33,857 bases of DNA from a virus (IMGVR_UViG_3300031952_000079:1-33857), one strand, 5' to 3'. Shown: positions 16,448 to 25,571, counted from the first letter of the stretch. Translations and numbers: made by a program. Notes: a model not told the origin generated them from the letters alone.

Positions 16448-17756
16448 TGGCTTTTTCTCCAAGCTCTTTTTCTATTTTCAATACCTGTGAAGGAACCTCA
16501 GGATCCGCCTCTTCCAATGGCAACTTGGCCACATCCCGCAATATCTTGCGGATCTCGTGGGTTCCGATGACAGCCGGGTTCACCTTCAACAATTCAGTGA
16601 CCTGGCCCAAAATTTGAGACAGTTTTTCGTAGTCGAGACTCTCAGGCATGCCCCAATTCAACCGCACCTGAGCCTGCGCTGAATCCAAACCCGCGGCAGC
16701 CACCACAGGATCAAACAAATAGCGCTCGACACAACGCTTGAGAAACCTCTGCACGCCCAATACGCGCCTTTCGCCAATCTCCAAGGCAGCGTTGGCGCTT
16801 GCCTCAGTAAAACCGGTTTTGGTGACAAGCTTTGCCAACGGCGTCTCAAGACCAAGCATAAACTCGTCCTCAAGCGTTTCCACGTAGAAATCGAGGCCCC
16901 GCATCCGCTCAGCAATAACCTGAGTAATCTTCGCGTCAGAACCCGGAGGCGGATTAAACACAAACCTGTGACCACGCGGCCCAATCTTGCGGATCTCGTT
17001 CTGGGCCTCTTTCAACTTCGTCGCGTTCAACCCAGGGAAACTCCAGAGCTCGTTAGGCGCGCCAAAAGTGTAGATCGTATCAGCCATACCCGCGTGAATC
17101 TTGCCCTTGATCACGTAAAAGGGTCCACGAACCTCACCATTACCAAGGTCAAGGGACGCGCAGAGACCGTGCAAAACGCCAATCCCCAGCGGGCTTGCCG
17201 TCATCACGTTATAGCCGAGGTGAATAAGCTCCTGCCCCGGAATCTCCTTTATTGCGCGATCCCAATCAAGCAGTAACTGCTCTACCTCGCCCTCATCACC
17301 AAACTTCAAGCCACGATCCTTGATAACTGCAAGCGGAATCACCCTCAAAAAGTCAATGCGACGCCTGTTGCCGACCCACCAGAACACGTTTCCCCAACCC
17401 ACAGCATACCGGCTTGACTCCTGCAACCGCTCATCCAAACCGACGCGCTCACAAAACTCGTCAACAATCTCCTTCGCCGTCTTGCCACCGCTCTTCTCCA
17501 GATACTTCTTGTTCATGGTCGTGTAGAAGCCCTGGCCAGCAACCTGATCTGCCAAAAAGTCGATACTGGCCTTGGCGCCAAGGTCAGCCAGATAAACCAT
17601 CGTCATAATCTTAAAACTGACATCAGAAGAAACACCCACAGCCTTCTCATTTTGAGTGACGAAAAAGGCGGTCTCATGAAAAATACTTCGAATGCGTTCA
17701 GAAATAGATCTCGTGCTCTTTGCAGAATGCACATCAGACGCGGCTTCAACTGGCAT
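16434..17756 (-). CDS. Portal protein
   Basis: 440 aa; YAVGWGNVFW, LIHL and PLGIGVL portal-type motifs; first gene of the head operon. Confidence 0.85.
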   Translation of the reverse strand: MPVEAASDVHSAKSTRSISERIRSIFHETAFFVTQNEKAVGVSSDVSFKIMTMVYLADLGAKASIDFLADQVAGQGFYTTMNKKYLEKSGGKTAKEIVDEFCERVGLDERLQESSRYAVGWGNVFWWVGNRRRIDFLRVIPLAVIKDRGLKFGDEGEVEQLLLDWDRAIKEIPGQELIHLGYNVMTASPLGIGVLHGLCASLDLGNGEVRGPFYVIKGKIHAGMADTIYTFGAPNELWSFPGLNATKLKEAQNEIRKIGPRGHRFVFNPPPGSDAKITQVIAERMRGLDFYVETLEDEFMLGLETPLAKLVTKTGFTEASANAALEIGERRVLGVQRFLKRCVERYLFDPVVAAAGLDSAQAQVRLNWGMPESLDYEKLSQILGQVTELLKVNPAVIGTHEIRKILRDVAKLPLEEADPEVPSQVLKIEKELGEKANVER

Positions 17757-17820
17757 AATAACAGAGAATATAGACGGATAAAGGAAAAAAGCGCTATTAG
17801 GACTTGGCTTTACTGAATCG

Positions 17821-17843
17821 AACTACTAATAATAGTTAAATAG
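17821..17843 (+). promoter_or_regulatory. Palindrome plus TATA-like box in the divergent intergenic region
   Basis: AACTA-ctaataa-TAGTT overlapping TTAAATAG, 23 nt before the ATG at 17867. Confidence 0.45.
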
Positions 17844-17866
17844 AATAAGAACCGACATTTAACCCG

Positions 17867-18151
17867 ATGCAGCTGCGGATAACTACCCAAATGTGCGACG
17901 TTTTGAAACTAATCCTCCAGGGAAAAAGCTGCTACGCAATCGCCAGAGAACTCGACATGGATCCTCCTTCAATCTACGTCAGCTACCACGCGGCAAAAGA
18001 AAACCTGCCAAAACTAGATAAGATGCTAACAGAGCTCAAAGCCCTCGGATGGCCAGACAAACTCGCACAAGCAGAAGAAGAGATCCGCAGTAAAAGCCCG
18101 AGACGAAGGACAAAAACAACGTCGGAAATAACTGTATTGAAACTGGGATAA
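17867..18151 (+). CDS. HTH regulator, Tfx/sigma-region-4-like
   Basis: ITTQMCDVLKLILQGKSCYAIARELDMDPPSI HTH pattern. Confidence 0.7.
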   Translation: MQLRITTQMCDVLKLILQGKSCYAIARELDMDPPSIYVSYHAAKENLPKLDKMLTELKALGWPDKLAQAEEEIRSKSPRRRTKTTSEITVLKLG

Positions 18152-18253
18152 AATGCTCAAGCAGAAGGCCTGGAAGCCGGAAAACTTCTTCTTTCTCTCC
18201 TTTCTCCCCACGGCAACCAGGCCCCAAACCTGAGCCTAGATGGAGGTGAAAAC

Positions 18254-18688
18254 ACGCAAAGAAAACTAGCATACGTGATTATGCTTTTGGCATTGACCGT
18301 CGCGCTCGCGTATCCAGCGTTCGCAGCAGAAGCAGAAACCCCGCCTGAAATGCCCGTCGAGGCAATCAACGCGATATGGTCCGTCGCTATTGCGACACCA
18401 GTAGGTTTCTTCATCGCTTTCTTGACCTGCCTCGCAGGATACGCAAGCAAGACACCACCCGAAAAATTCAGACTCGACCACTTCCTCTACACAGCGATAA
18501 TAACGGTGTGTATCGGTGCAATCTTCATGTACTCGGGTCTGCCACAACAGTCAGTAGCTATATTCGTTGTGACATGGCTCGGAACAGGCTACATCGCATG
18601 GTATATCTGGAAAGGCTCACAGATCTTCGCCACCATAATCACAAAACACTTCCTGCCCACACCCGAAGGCCCACCAACAACAAGTTAG
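18254..18688 (+). CDS. Membrane protein with signal peptide (ACG start proposed; ORF track uses GTG 18275)
   Basis: GGAGGTGA SD; AFA-A cleavage motif; three further TM helices. Confidence 0.7.
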   Translation, partial: TQRKLAYVIMLLALTVALAYPAFAAEAETPPEMPVEAINAIWSVAIATPVGFFIAFLTCLAGYASKTPPEKFRLDHFLYTAIITVCIGAIFMYSGLPQQSVAIFVVTWLGTGYIAWYIWKGSQIFATIITKHFLPTPEGPPTTS

Positions 18689-18690
18689 CC

Positions 18691-18745
18691 TGATGCGTAA
18701 CGCATCAAACCCTTTCTCCCTCCCTATTTCTTAAACCCTTTTTTA
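18691..18745 (+). terminator. Hairpin plus pyrimidine/T-tract terminator
   Basis: TGATGCGT-A-ACGCATCA inverted repeat followed by cctttctccctccctatttc...cttttt. Confidence 0.5.
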
Positions 18746-18960
18746 TCCATAGTCCCTTCAACAAGGCCCGTTTGAAGAGGAGAAATAACCCTAAAGCTTC
18801 GAGTTTTTACCCTTCAATGGAGAACCTGTTTGAAGAGGGAATGGTCTTTTTCTGTGTCCGTCTCAGACAACATCGAGGCGTAGAACGCCAGTTACAACCA
18901 GCACACGCCGAACGCAGAATAAGCCACACATCAAACCACGCGCTAAGCCTAGACCAGAAC

Positions 18961-19476
18961 CTAAGCCTCAACCGACTCACTCTCTCCTGGTAATTCTCCA
19001 TCTTTCCAAGGCGCAGCGGTCTTCTCCGTCTCATCCCAAACCTCATTACCAAAACTCGTCAAAGCCCAATGCCAACCACGCTTCTCAACAAGCCTTTCGC
19101 CCAGCTCCTTCTCAAGCAGCCGATTCATACGAACGATCCGACGACTCACCTGACGCCGCATAACCTTATACGCGGATAACCGTGCAGCCAGATCCTTAGG
19201 AAGCAGGCCTTGTCCGCCCGCCTCGTGAAGCAGGTTCAGGATCTCAGCGTCGACCTCATCCCCGCACGCAATCCGCTGGATCATAGGCTTCTGAAAATTG
19301 AACAAACCCTTCAAGCCAGCAAGAATAGTCCGCTGCGATAACTTAAGCTCCTCTATATCCCGCTTCATCTCCTTAATCAGCTGCAAAGTGTACTTGACAC
19401 GGCCAATTTTAGCCTCCAGAGGCCTCTTCAAACGCCTTTTTTCCTCGGTTTGGACGGGTACAGCAGCTGACTCCAT
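18961..19476 (-). CDS. Coiled-coil plus winged-helix DNA-binding protein
   Basis: DAEILNLL..GLLPKDLAARL..VSRRIVRMN..RGWHWALT wHTH pattern. Confidence 0.7.
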   Translation of the reverse strand: MESAAVPVQTEEKRRLKRPLEAKIGRVKYTLQLIKEMKRDIEELKLSQRTILAGLKGLFNFQKPMIQRIACGDEVDAEILNLLHEAGGQGLLPKDLAARLSAYKVMRRQVSRRIVRMNRLLEKELGERLVEKRGWHWALTSFGNEVWDETEKTAAPWKDGELPGESESVEA

Positions 19477-19480
19477 ACAG

Positions 19481-19717
19481 TCACGCGCACCCCCGCATAA
19501 TGGGCATGTTCACACACGCGAAGAACGAGCGTCCATAGTCTAGGACAGCAACCATTGAAGACCATGAACATGAAAAGCATGGACTTTTACCATACCCAGA
19601 AACATATCTTGTAAACAAGGTGCTACATGGACCTACCGACGAAAACAAGCCCTCTGCGCACGCCGTGCACTGAGGGCACGCAGTGAACCTAGTGTGCACC
19701 GTAAACCTAGCTGACAT
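19481..19717 (-). CDS. Small Cys-rich hypothetical protein
   Basis: CPQCTAC and CFSC; fills the operon gap. Confidence 0.4.
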   Translation of the reverse strand: MSARFTVHTRFTACPQCTACAEGLFSSVGPCSTLFTRYVSGYGKSPCFSCSWSSMVAVLDYGRSFFACVNMPIMRGCA

Positions 19718-20567
19718 AGTCTTTCATACTCCTCTGGCCAGCAGCCGGCTCAGGCTCAACCTCCAAATTAACAAGCTTACTCAGAACGTCTGTCAACTTC
19801 TCCAAACGCTTCTCGATCAGCTGAACCTTCTCAGGCATCTGAAGGTAAGCGATCACCGCGTCCTTCTGCAAATGCTCAAGTTCGCCCACATTCCAGCTAT
19901 GATCAATCTTTCTCTTGTCCGTTCGAACAGTGAAGTACCGGCCGAAGAGCGTGGCAATAGGGTCCTCAACCGCGATCTCAGCAGCAACAACACGACCTTC
20001 ACCAAGCACACACCCATACTTTCTCACTAGGCCATCACGAACACGATTCGCAAGATTCAAAGCCAAATTAGTAACCTCAACCGGACTACGACCACGAATA
20101 ACCTCAACATGCACAATCCAACTACGCGTCGTCTTACGCACCTTCACACCCTGCTCAAGGCCTAACAGCGCCGTCCAATTCACCATCTCCACAGGCTTAA
20201 AATTCGTAGGCATCCGTCCATCAACCAAAACATCAAAACTAACCTGGCACTTATCCAAACGATAAAGTTCGCTAGGGAAGACCGTCCCCTCACATGACGT
20301 GAGCAGCCTTTTACTTTCACCAGTGAGCTCATAGAAAACCACGTTACTACGAACCTGACGCCGGATCAGCTTGGCCTTCTCAAGTTTCTGAATGTAGTAA
20401 AAGGTATGTTGACGCGATAGTCCTATGATGCGGCCTGCCTTAGTTGGATAGTCCCCGGCCTCGAGTCGGCGCAAGAGCGGAAGAATCCAAGTCCTAACAG
20501 TACAAGTGTCAAATTTTACTTTGTACTTTGAAGATCTACGTTTGTACTTCGCTCGAGACCCAGCCAA
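19707..20567 (-). CDS. N-terminal wHTH protein with uncharacterised C-terminal domain (possible replication initiator)
   Basis: GLSRQHTFYYIQKLEKAKLI..YELT MarR/ArsR-type wHTH; IDHSWNVGELEH motif. Confidence 0.6.
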   Translation of the reverse strand: MAGSRAKYKRRSSKYKVKFDTCTVRTWILPLLRRLEAGDYPTKAGRIIGLSRQHTFYYIQKLEKAKLIRRQVRSNVVFYELTGESKRLLTSCEGTVFPSELYRLDKCQVSFDVLVDGRMPTNFKPVEMVNWTALLGLEQGVKVRKTTRSWIVHVEVIRGRSPVEVTNLALNLANRVRDGLVRKYGCVLGEGRVVAAEIAVEDPIATLFGRYFTVRTDKRKIDHSWNVGELEHLQKDAVIAYLQMPEKVQLIEKRLEKLTDVLSKLVNLEVEPEPAAGQRSMKDYVS

Positions 20568-20574
20568 AACAAGA

Positions 20575-20823
20575 TCACTTTCCTTGCTTGTGTTTTCGAT
20601 TTAGTTCTTCAAGAAAAGATGTGAGATCCTTGAAACATCCGGCACTGAAAACGGCGACATCCATCACGAAAAAGCAGTATTGTCTCCAAGGCCTAAACCA
20701 CTTGATAACGCCAAGCATGGACTCATCGCTCTTAGACCTTATTGCCCATTTCTGAGTCTTAGCCCCAGGCTCCTGCTCCTGCAGGTGAGCCTCCATATAC
20801 TTTCCAATCGAAAGAGCCGTCAT
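20575..20823 (-). CDS. Hypothetical protein (82 aa)
   Basis: ATG at 20823 is ATGA-coupled; LGVIKWFRPWRQYCFF motif. Confidence 0.6.
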   Translation of the reverse strand: MTALSIGKYMEAHLQEQEPGAKTQKWAIRSKSDESMLGVIKWFRPWRQYCFFVMDVAVFSAGCFKDLTSFLEELNRKHKQGK

Positions 20824-20966
20824 GGGCAGTACTCCTTTGTTCCCCGACACTTGCGACTGTTAGCCTGCTTCGGATGAGCCTGGCAACGTCGACACTTACG
20901 ATTACCTCCACTTCGATTCCACGTGAAACCGGGACACTCGATCACCAGTGGTGTCTTTTCAATCAT
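20820..20966 (-). CDS. Small Cys-rich protein (48 aa), not in ORF track
   Basis: MIEKTPLVIECPGF...CRRC...CRGTKEYCP*; ATGA overlaps at both ends; GGAGG SD. Confidence 0.6.
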   Translation of the reverse strand: MIEKTPLVIECPGFTWNRSGGNRKCRRCQAHPKQANSRKCRGTKEYCP

Positions 20967-21580
20967 GTTTCGGGAACCTCCCTCTCGCTTGGCGGAATAA
21001 AGGGCAAACCAAGAGCAGCAAAAACCTCTTCCTCAGTCCTGCCAGCAACCACAAGGCCCCTCTGATCCGTGAGCCCCACACTGTATTTGAGCCTCAAACC
21101 CTTGCTAATTGCCAAGTTGCACAACTTCACGTTATGCTCCTTGCTGCCAGTGCGAACCAGGAGAAGGATCCCCCACGTCTCCGGCTCAGCACGGTAAAGA
21201 TCCACCTGAACATAGCTCTGGCCGCTCTTGCTAGCGAAGGGCACGTTCAAAACCGCGAGCTTATCACCCTGCTTCACCGTAGAAGCGTCAAACCCGCTGC
21301 GAACCGTCTTAATGATGCTAAGCCAAGAATCAGTCTTGCCAGGCCTAGGCAAAACCACGATATCCACGTCATTAACGACGCCTCTACGTCTTCGAATGCT
21401 CCCCGCAACCTCGGCCTTAAGACAGAAAGGCCCTATCTCTCCGAGAATCTTGAACGCTAAAGGCTCAACCTCAGAACGATCCAAGCCCTCCAACACCGGC
21501 AACGTATCCGACGTTTTCAACGTATCCGGAAAAAGAGATCTCTGCTTCTCGTTCAGGAAGAGCCCTCCTTCTTTGGCCAA
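20963..21580 (-). CDS. polX: Minimal family X DNA polymerase (palm+thumb only)
   Basis: AGSIRR...NDVDIVV, QVDL, RTGSKEHN, EEEVFAALGLPFIPPSER; no lyase or PHP domain; true start may be CTG at 21556. Confidence 0.9.
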   Translation of the reverse strand: MAKEGGLFLNEKQRSLFPDTLKTSDTLPVLEGLDRSEVEPLAFKILGEIGPFCLKAEVAGSIRRRRGVVNDVDIVVLPRPGKTDSWLSIIKTVRSGFDASTVKQGDKLAVLNVPFASKSGQSYVQVDLYRAEPETWGILLLVRTGSKEHNVKLCNLAISKGLRLKYSVGLTDQRGLVVAGRTEEEVFAALGLPFIPPSEREVPET

Positions 21581-21720
21581 AACTGACGAATATCAGCTTC
21601 CCAACCGCACGAGTGGATGTGACGACATTTGATCGTTACGGGCTTCCAGTCTTCCTGAGTGATGTATAGCCCTTGGGATCCGCACTTAGGGCAACGCCCT
21701 TCACGAACAACAAGAATCAA
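21553..21720 (-). CDS. Zinc-ribbon protein (55 aa), not in ORF track
   Basis: MILVVREGRCPKCGS...KCRHIHSCGW...*; TTG immediately after the upstream stop. Confidence 0.65.
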   Translation of the reverse strand: MILVVREGRCPKCGSQGLYITQEDWKPVTIKCRHIHSCGWEADIRQFWPKKEGSS

Positions 21721-22116
21721 TCAAGACTCCTCCTGCTTCCGTTCGAAAATCACCTGAGTTCCTTCCATTACCACTCGCGGAATATGGTAATTCCCCATCA
21801 ACTCGTAAACTCTCTTAGGATTCTCAGACAGTTTAATGCCGTAAACGTGAACCATGCGGAAAAGCTGGTCCTGCCTGGACCGGAGATCAGCGATCACCAC
21901 CTCGCACTCTTCGATGCCAATAATATTCTTCCCGATAAGTCGCTGTACTGGAATAAGACTTCCAGGACCACAATGATTCTTGCTCGTGGATAAACGATGT
22001 AGAGTAATTTTATTCCGGGCAAGGCGCTTACGCAACTTATCCTGAGCCTTCCCGACGTGCTCGATAGCATACTGCAGATTATTTATTGCCATGGCCCACT
22101 CATGCTTCCAACACAT
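21721..22116 (-). CDS. Hypothetical protein (131 aa)
   Basis: ATG at 22116 overlaps the ATPase stop (TGATG). Confidence 0.55.
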   Translation of the reverse strand: MCWKHEWAMAINNLQYAIEHVGKAQDKLRKRLARNKITLHRLSTSKNHCGPGSLIPVQRLIGKNIIGIEECEVVIADLRSRQDQLFRMVHVYGIKLSENPKRVYELMGNYHIPRVVMEGTQVIFERKQEES

Positions 22117-23717
22117 CAAGAGGCCTCCTTGATTCGCTCCTTCGCCCCAGAAAACAGCCAATACTCAAAGCTACCTGAGGACTCTTCACGCTGCAAAACC
22201 TTCTTCCGCACCAAAGCCTCAAGCGGCGGGTTCAGGTCCCGGCTCGGATGATGAACCGTCGCAGTTGCGTAAACGCGATCAATCTCCTTCGCTATGACTG
22301 TGAGTCGCCTCTTTTCATCAAAAAACCCGGCCTTAGCCAAGCAGATTAGCCTGCCCTCGTGGCCTGAATCGTCGATCTCCACGACTGGCCGATCAACCTT
22401 GACACGAATCTCCGGAACTGTCTCAGTGACGACAAGAGGCTGTCCTCCAGTAGGTACTGAAGTAGGTATATTCCCATCCATAGGTAATGTGGCAGGTATT
22501 TTTTTAGCCAACCGCTCCTCAGCATTGTGGATCTGATCGTAAATGTTCTGAACCCGCAGGCCGCGACGAAGAGCAGAAAGCAGATCATCGTAATCATGCA
22601 GAGCGTTTTCCATCTCTTTTATGCGCTTCTCGAGATCCATCTTAACCTCAGCAAGAAACCTGAGCCGCGCCTGAATGCACTCCGGGATCTTGTGGCCAAA
22701 CTCGTAAGCCTCAATGATGCTCTTGTCCTGCTCGAGCTGCTGACTGAAAGCAAGAACCTTCTCCTCCAACTTGGCCAGCTTCTGCGCGTCAACCGGCACA
22801 CCGCCCTTGTGCTCAGGCTCAGGGCTTGTCTTGAAAACCTTCTTGAAACGCTCAACAAAATCATCCACGCCCATGAGAACGATCTTGCTTGCCTGTGGGC
22901 TTTTGATAAACTCGCGTGTAGCATGGAAGGTTTCTCTCGGCCTAAACTTGACTTTCTTGAAGATCGGCGGCTTCTCCGGGTGCCAAACCCACGCCTCGCC
23001 ATTGTCCAGGGCCTTAAGCGAATCATACCACTCTTTCAGCTTCTCCTTATCTTCATCCGTCTGCTCTTCAACCCAAGCCTGGATAGCCTTCTTGTCCTGC
23101 GGCGCGAGAGTACGAAGAATAACGAGGCAATCAGACTGCGTGAGGATATCCTTGTTGAGGACGGCGCTGCGCTGCGTAATCAACGTGCATCCGAGGTTGT
23201 GGTTTCCGCCTCTTCTCACGAAATTATCGACAGCCGACAAGCAGAAGGCTTCATCCTGACCGATCGGACGCTGAGGAGCAAACATGTCAGACTCCTCGAT
23301 GAAAACGTGCCTTTCAACCCGGTTAAGCCGATATAACTCATTAAGAAAATCCATGACGATCTTGCGCATCGCATACTTTGAAAAACCGCTCAGATCCAGC
23401 ACACAAGAAATATTCGACTCAACAACGGCCTTAGCCATCTCCGTTGCTTTCTCAGGGACAAGAGGCAGATCCTGATGTTCACCGCCAAAAACGACGACTG
23501 GGAGGCCTGGGCTTTTGCCGTCGCTTGCCACGCGCAGGCCCCACCAAATTCCCATTCCGTCCAAAACGACAATCGGAGTCCCAGCCTTGAGCATCTCCTC
23601 AGCCTGATCAGCAGCATTGTAAGTCTTGCCAGCGCCACGCTTCGCAACATAGGTGATAACCCACGTCGCAGCCTCACCAGGAAGAGATAAGCTATCAGAA
23701 ACACGCAAACTCAACAA
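22116..23717 (-). CDS. HerA/FtsK-superfamily ATPase (DUF87/DUF853-like) with coiled coil and C-terminal wHTH-like region
   Basis: Walker A AKRGAGKT, Walker B VFIEES, VRRG and LITQR motifs. Confidence 0.85.
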   Translation of the reverse strand: MLSLRVSDSLSLPGEAATWVITYVAKRGAGKTYNAADQAEEMLKAGTPIVVLDGMGIWWGLRVASDGKSPGLPVVVFGGEHQDLPLVPEKATEMAKAVVESNISCVLDLSGFSKYAMRKIVMDFLNELYRLNRVERHVFIEESDMFAPQRPIGQDEAFCLSAVDNFVRRGGNHNLGCTLITQRSAVLNKDILTQSDCLVILRTLAPQDKKAIQAWVEEQTDEDKEKLKEWYDSLKALDNGEAWVWHPEKPPIFKKVKFRPRETFHATREFIKSPQASKIVLMGVDDFVERFKKVFKTSPEPEHKGGVPVDAQKLAKLEEKVLAFSQQLEQDKSIIEAYEFGHKIPECIQARLRFLAEVKMDLEKRIKEMENALHDYDDLLSALRRGLRVQNIYDQIHNAEERLAKKIPATLPMDGNIPTSVPTGGQPLVVTETVPEIRVKVDRPVVEIDDSGHEGRLICLAKAGFFDEKRRLTVIAKEIDRVYATATVHHPSRDLNPPLEALVRKKVLQREESSGSFEYWLFSGAKERIKEAS

Positions 23718-23866
23718 GAAACCTCCTCAATTACGGCGACAAGGGTAACACTAATCTTCCTCATCTTCACCATCTCCCCGGTCACCAACGATCATAAGGA
23801 AAACTCCCAAAAGCCCAGAGATCAACAAAAAAGGAAAATTGAGAATAGTGAGAAGACGCCGCAAAG

Positions 23867-24715
23867 TCACTTAGACGCCTCCACAAGAGAGCTAGCCTTC
23901 TCGAGAAAAACATCCACGAACGCTTTGTTAAACGATGTCAACGCATCAAGATAACGCTCTCGCAACCTCGGCGAAATCGTTAACAGGCCCCGCCGCTCTT
24001 GAGCCTCCAGAGCCTGCATCACAACAGCACAATGAAGCTTAGAGTTGGTGAAATCCTGTTCAATATCTACTCTATTCACCGTATTAATCAGAGCCTGTAC
24101 GAGATCCCCAAGATGGGCCAGCGTTTTCACGACGTCCAACTGAGCCCCAGCAGACTCGGCGGAAACATACTCCGCAGGAATTGAAGCATCAGCAAGCACT
24201 TGTTTTTTTGCATCTCGAACCCGCTGCACTTGTTCATCCAGCAACTTCTTAGTAAGAGTCTTGCCAGATTTTGCCCTATGCTTTTCGAGCCTATGCAGCT
24301 TCTCATACTTCTTCAACAAGCCCGTAGCGGTCCGGCCTGGAAACTCCGGCAAAAGCTGAGCGCCGTTCTCCTCGATCGTGCCGGGCAACTCTTCAATCCG
24401 TTTCAGCAACCGCTCTTCGTCAGCATCACTCCAAAGGTTTCTCTTTTTTCCAGGCAGAATCCCACGACGTCGCCTAACCTCAGGCCTAGGCTCAGCCGCT
24501 GCCTCCTCTCCGCCCTCCTCTTCCTTTTCAAGCTTCACAAGCGTAAACTTTTCACCGTTAATCTCGGTGAAAACGCAGCCAAAACCTTCCTCTTCAAGCA
24601 TGGCCTCCCAATCCGGATCAAAATCTCCGCCGGGAACCATAATCACCTCACCATACGGTGCAACTTTGGCCACCACGAACTTTGTCTTCAAATCTTCAAC
24701 AGTAACATCCTTCAA
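23867..24715 (-). CDS. Protein with a central Myb/SANT-like domain
   Basis: LWSDADEERLL...FPGRTATGLLKKYEKL. Confidence 0.65.
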   Translation of the reverse strand: MKDVTVEDLKTKFVVAKVAPYGEVIMVPGGDFDPDWEAMLEEEGFGCVFTEINGEKFTLVKLEKEEEGGEEAAAEPRPEVRRRRGILPGKKRNLWSDADEERLLKRIEELPGTIEENGAQLLPEFPGRTATGLLKKYEKLHRLEKHRAKSGKTLTKKLLDEQVQRVRDAKKQVLADASIPAEYVSAESAGAQLDVVKTLAHLGDLVQALINTVNRVDIEQDFTNSKLHCAVVMQALEAQERRGLLTISPRLRERYLDALTSFNKAFVDVFLEKASSLVEASK

Positions 24716-24942
24716 GCTTTCACCTCCTCGAATAGGCTGCGGACTGGACCGAGAAACCAGAAAGCAGCATCCCGAAACGCAGGCCTCCGCAACAGGACAA
24801 CCTGATTAATGCGGACGCCGAAAGCCTTGAGATCCTCAGCGCAGCACCTGCAAACCTCAAGCACAAGATCCTGACTGCCAACACTCACGCTATACTCAGC
24901 CTCATTATGCGAAACCGGACCACAAACTTTGCACTTGCACAC
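24712..24942 (-). CDS. Small zinc-finger protein
   Basis: CKVC and CRCC; coupled overlaps. Confidence 0.55.
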   Translation of the reverse strand: MCKCKVCGPVSHNEAEYSVSVGSQDLVLEVCRCCAEDLKAFGVRINQVVLLRRPAFRDAAFWFLGPVRSLFEEVKA

Positions 24943-25133
24943 TAGGCCTCAGCCTCCTTAACCAGACGCTTCAACTCTTGCAGCGAAATGGTTTCCAACT
25001 TTTTATTTGTGAATAAGAAAACCAGGTCAGGCAGCCTTTCACGCAAAACTTTGCCAGTTACATCCACAATCTTTTCCAAGTCTTCAAAGCTAACGCCTTC
25101 CAAATAGACTATAGCAGCCCTTTTCTGAGTCAT
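24942..25133 (-). CDS. Hypothetical protein (63 aa)
   Basis: ATGA overlap; operon continuity. Confidence 0.55.
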   Translation of the reverse strand: MTQKRAAIVYLEGVSFEDLEKIVDVTGKVLRERLPDLVFLFTNKKLETISLQELKRLVKEAEA

Positions 25134-25570
25134 GCCGTAGGCGCCTCCATCCTCAAACCGGCCAACCGATGCAAACGCAGATCACGCATAACCGTCTCAA
25201 CAGCGTTCACGACGTCGACGCGGGCCATGCTCCAATGAGTATCAACAACAGCCTTTACACGTTCAGACGTAGGTTCCAACTGGTCAAACTCAGCACACGC
25301 CATGGCCACAGCACACGCAAGCGCCGTGTTCGCGAGTTTGATCAGCTGCTCAGGACTCGACATGCGAAAATAGGCCACAGGCTTGCTAAGGGCTTTATTC
25401 ATCTTATGCCTGCGATCCAAGAGCAGCTGACACCGCAGCGGATGCCCGTCCACGTCAACAAGGTCGAAGCGCAGAACCTGAGCAAACTCGCGGAGCGTAT
25501 CGTCACAGAGGACCTCGCGGTAAGGCAGCATAACAAGATCTTTCGGGAAAGCACGATCTTCGGCTGCCAA
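25130..25570 (-). CDS. Hypothetical protein (146 aa)
   Basis: Operon continuity, SD-like GGAGG. Confidence 0.6.
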   Translation of the reverse strand: MAAEDRAFPKDLVMLPYREVLCDDTLREFAQVLRFDLVDVDGHPLRCQLLLDRRHKMNKALSKPVAYFRMSSPEQLIKLANTALACAVAMACAEFDQLEPTSERVKAVVDTHWSMARVDVVNAVETVMRDLRLHRLAGLRMEAPTA

Positions 25571-25571
25571 A

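Noticed and set aside
13375-17797. Shared ATAGCGCT-T-rich motif (minus strand) after MCP and upstream of the portal
   Set aside because: Short, only two copies in different functional contexts; could be chance
18807-19052. Cys/Arg-rich minus-strand ORF downstream of the wHTH gene
   Set aside because: Overlaps the neighbouring gene and the palindromic repeats; coding status cannot be supported
21500-21528. Tandem caacgtatccg repeat
   Set aside because: Short in-frame duplication (PDTL/SDTL) in a low-complexity N-terminus
22527-23336. Long plus-strand ORFs such as 22527-23336, 13731-14384, 5399-6073, 24200-24805 and 30406-31008
   Set aside because: Antisense to genes with clear motifs; no SD sites or domain signatures
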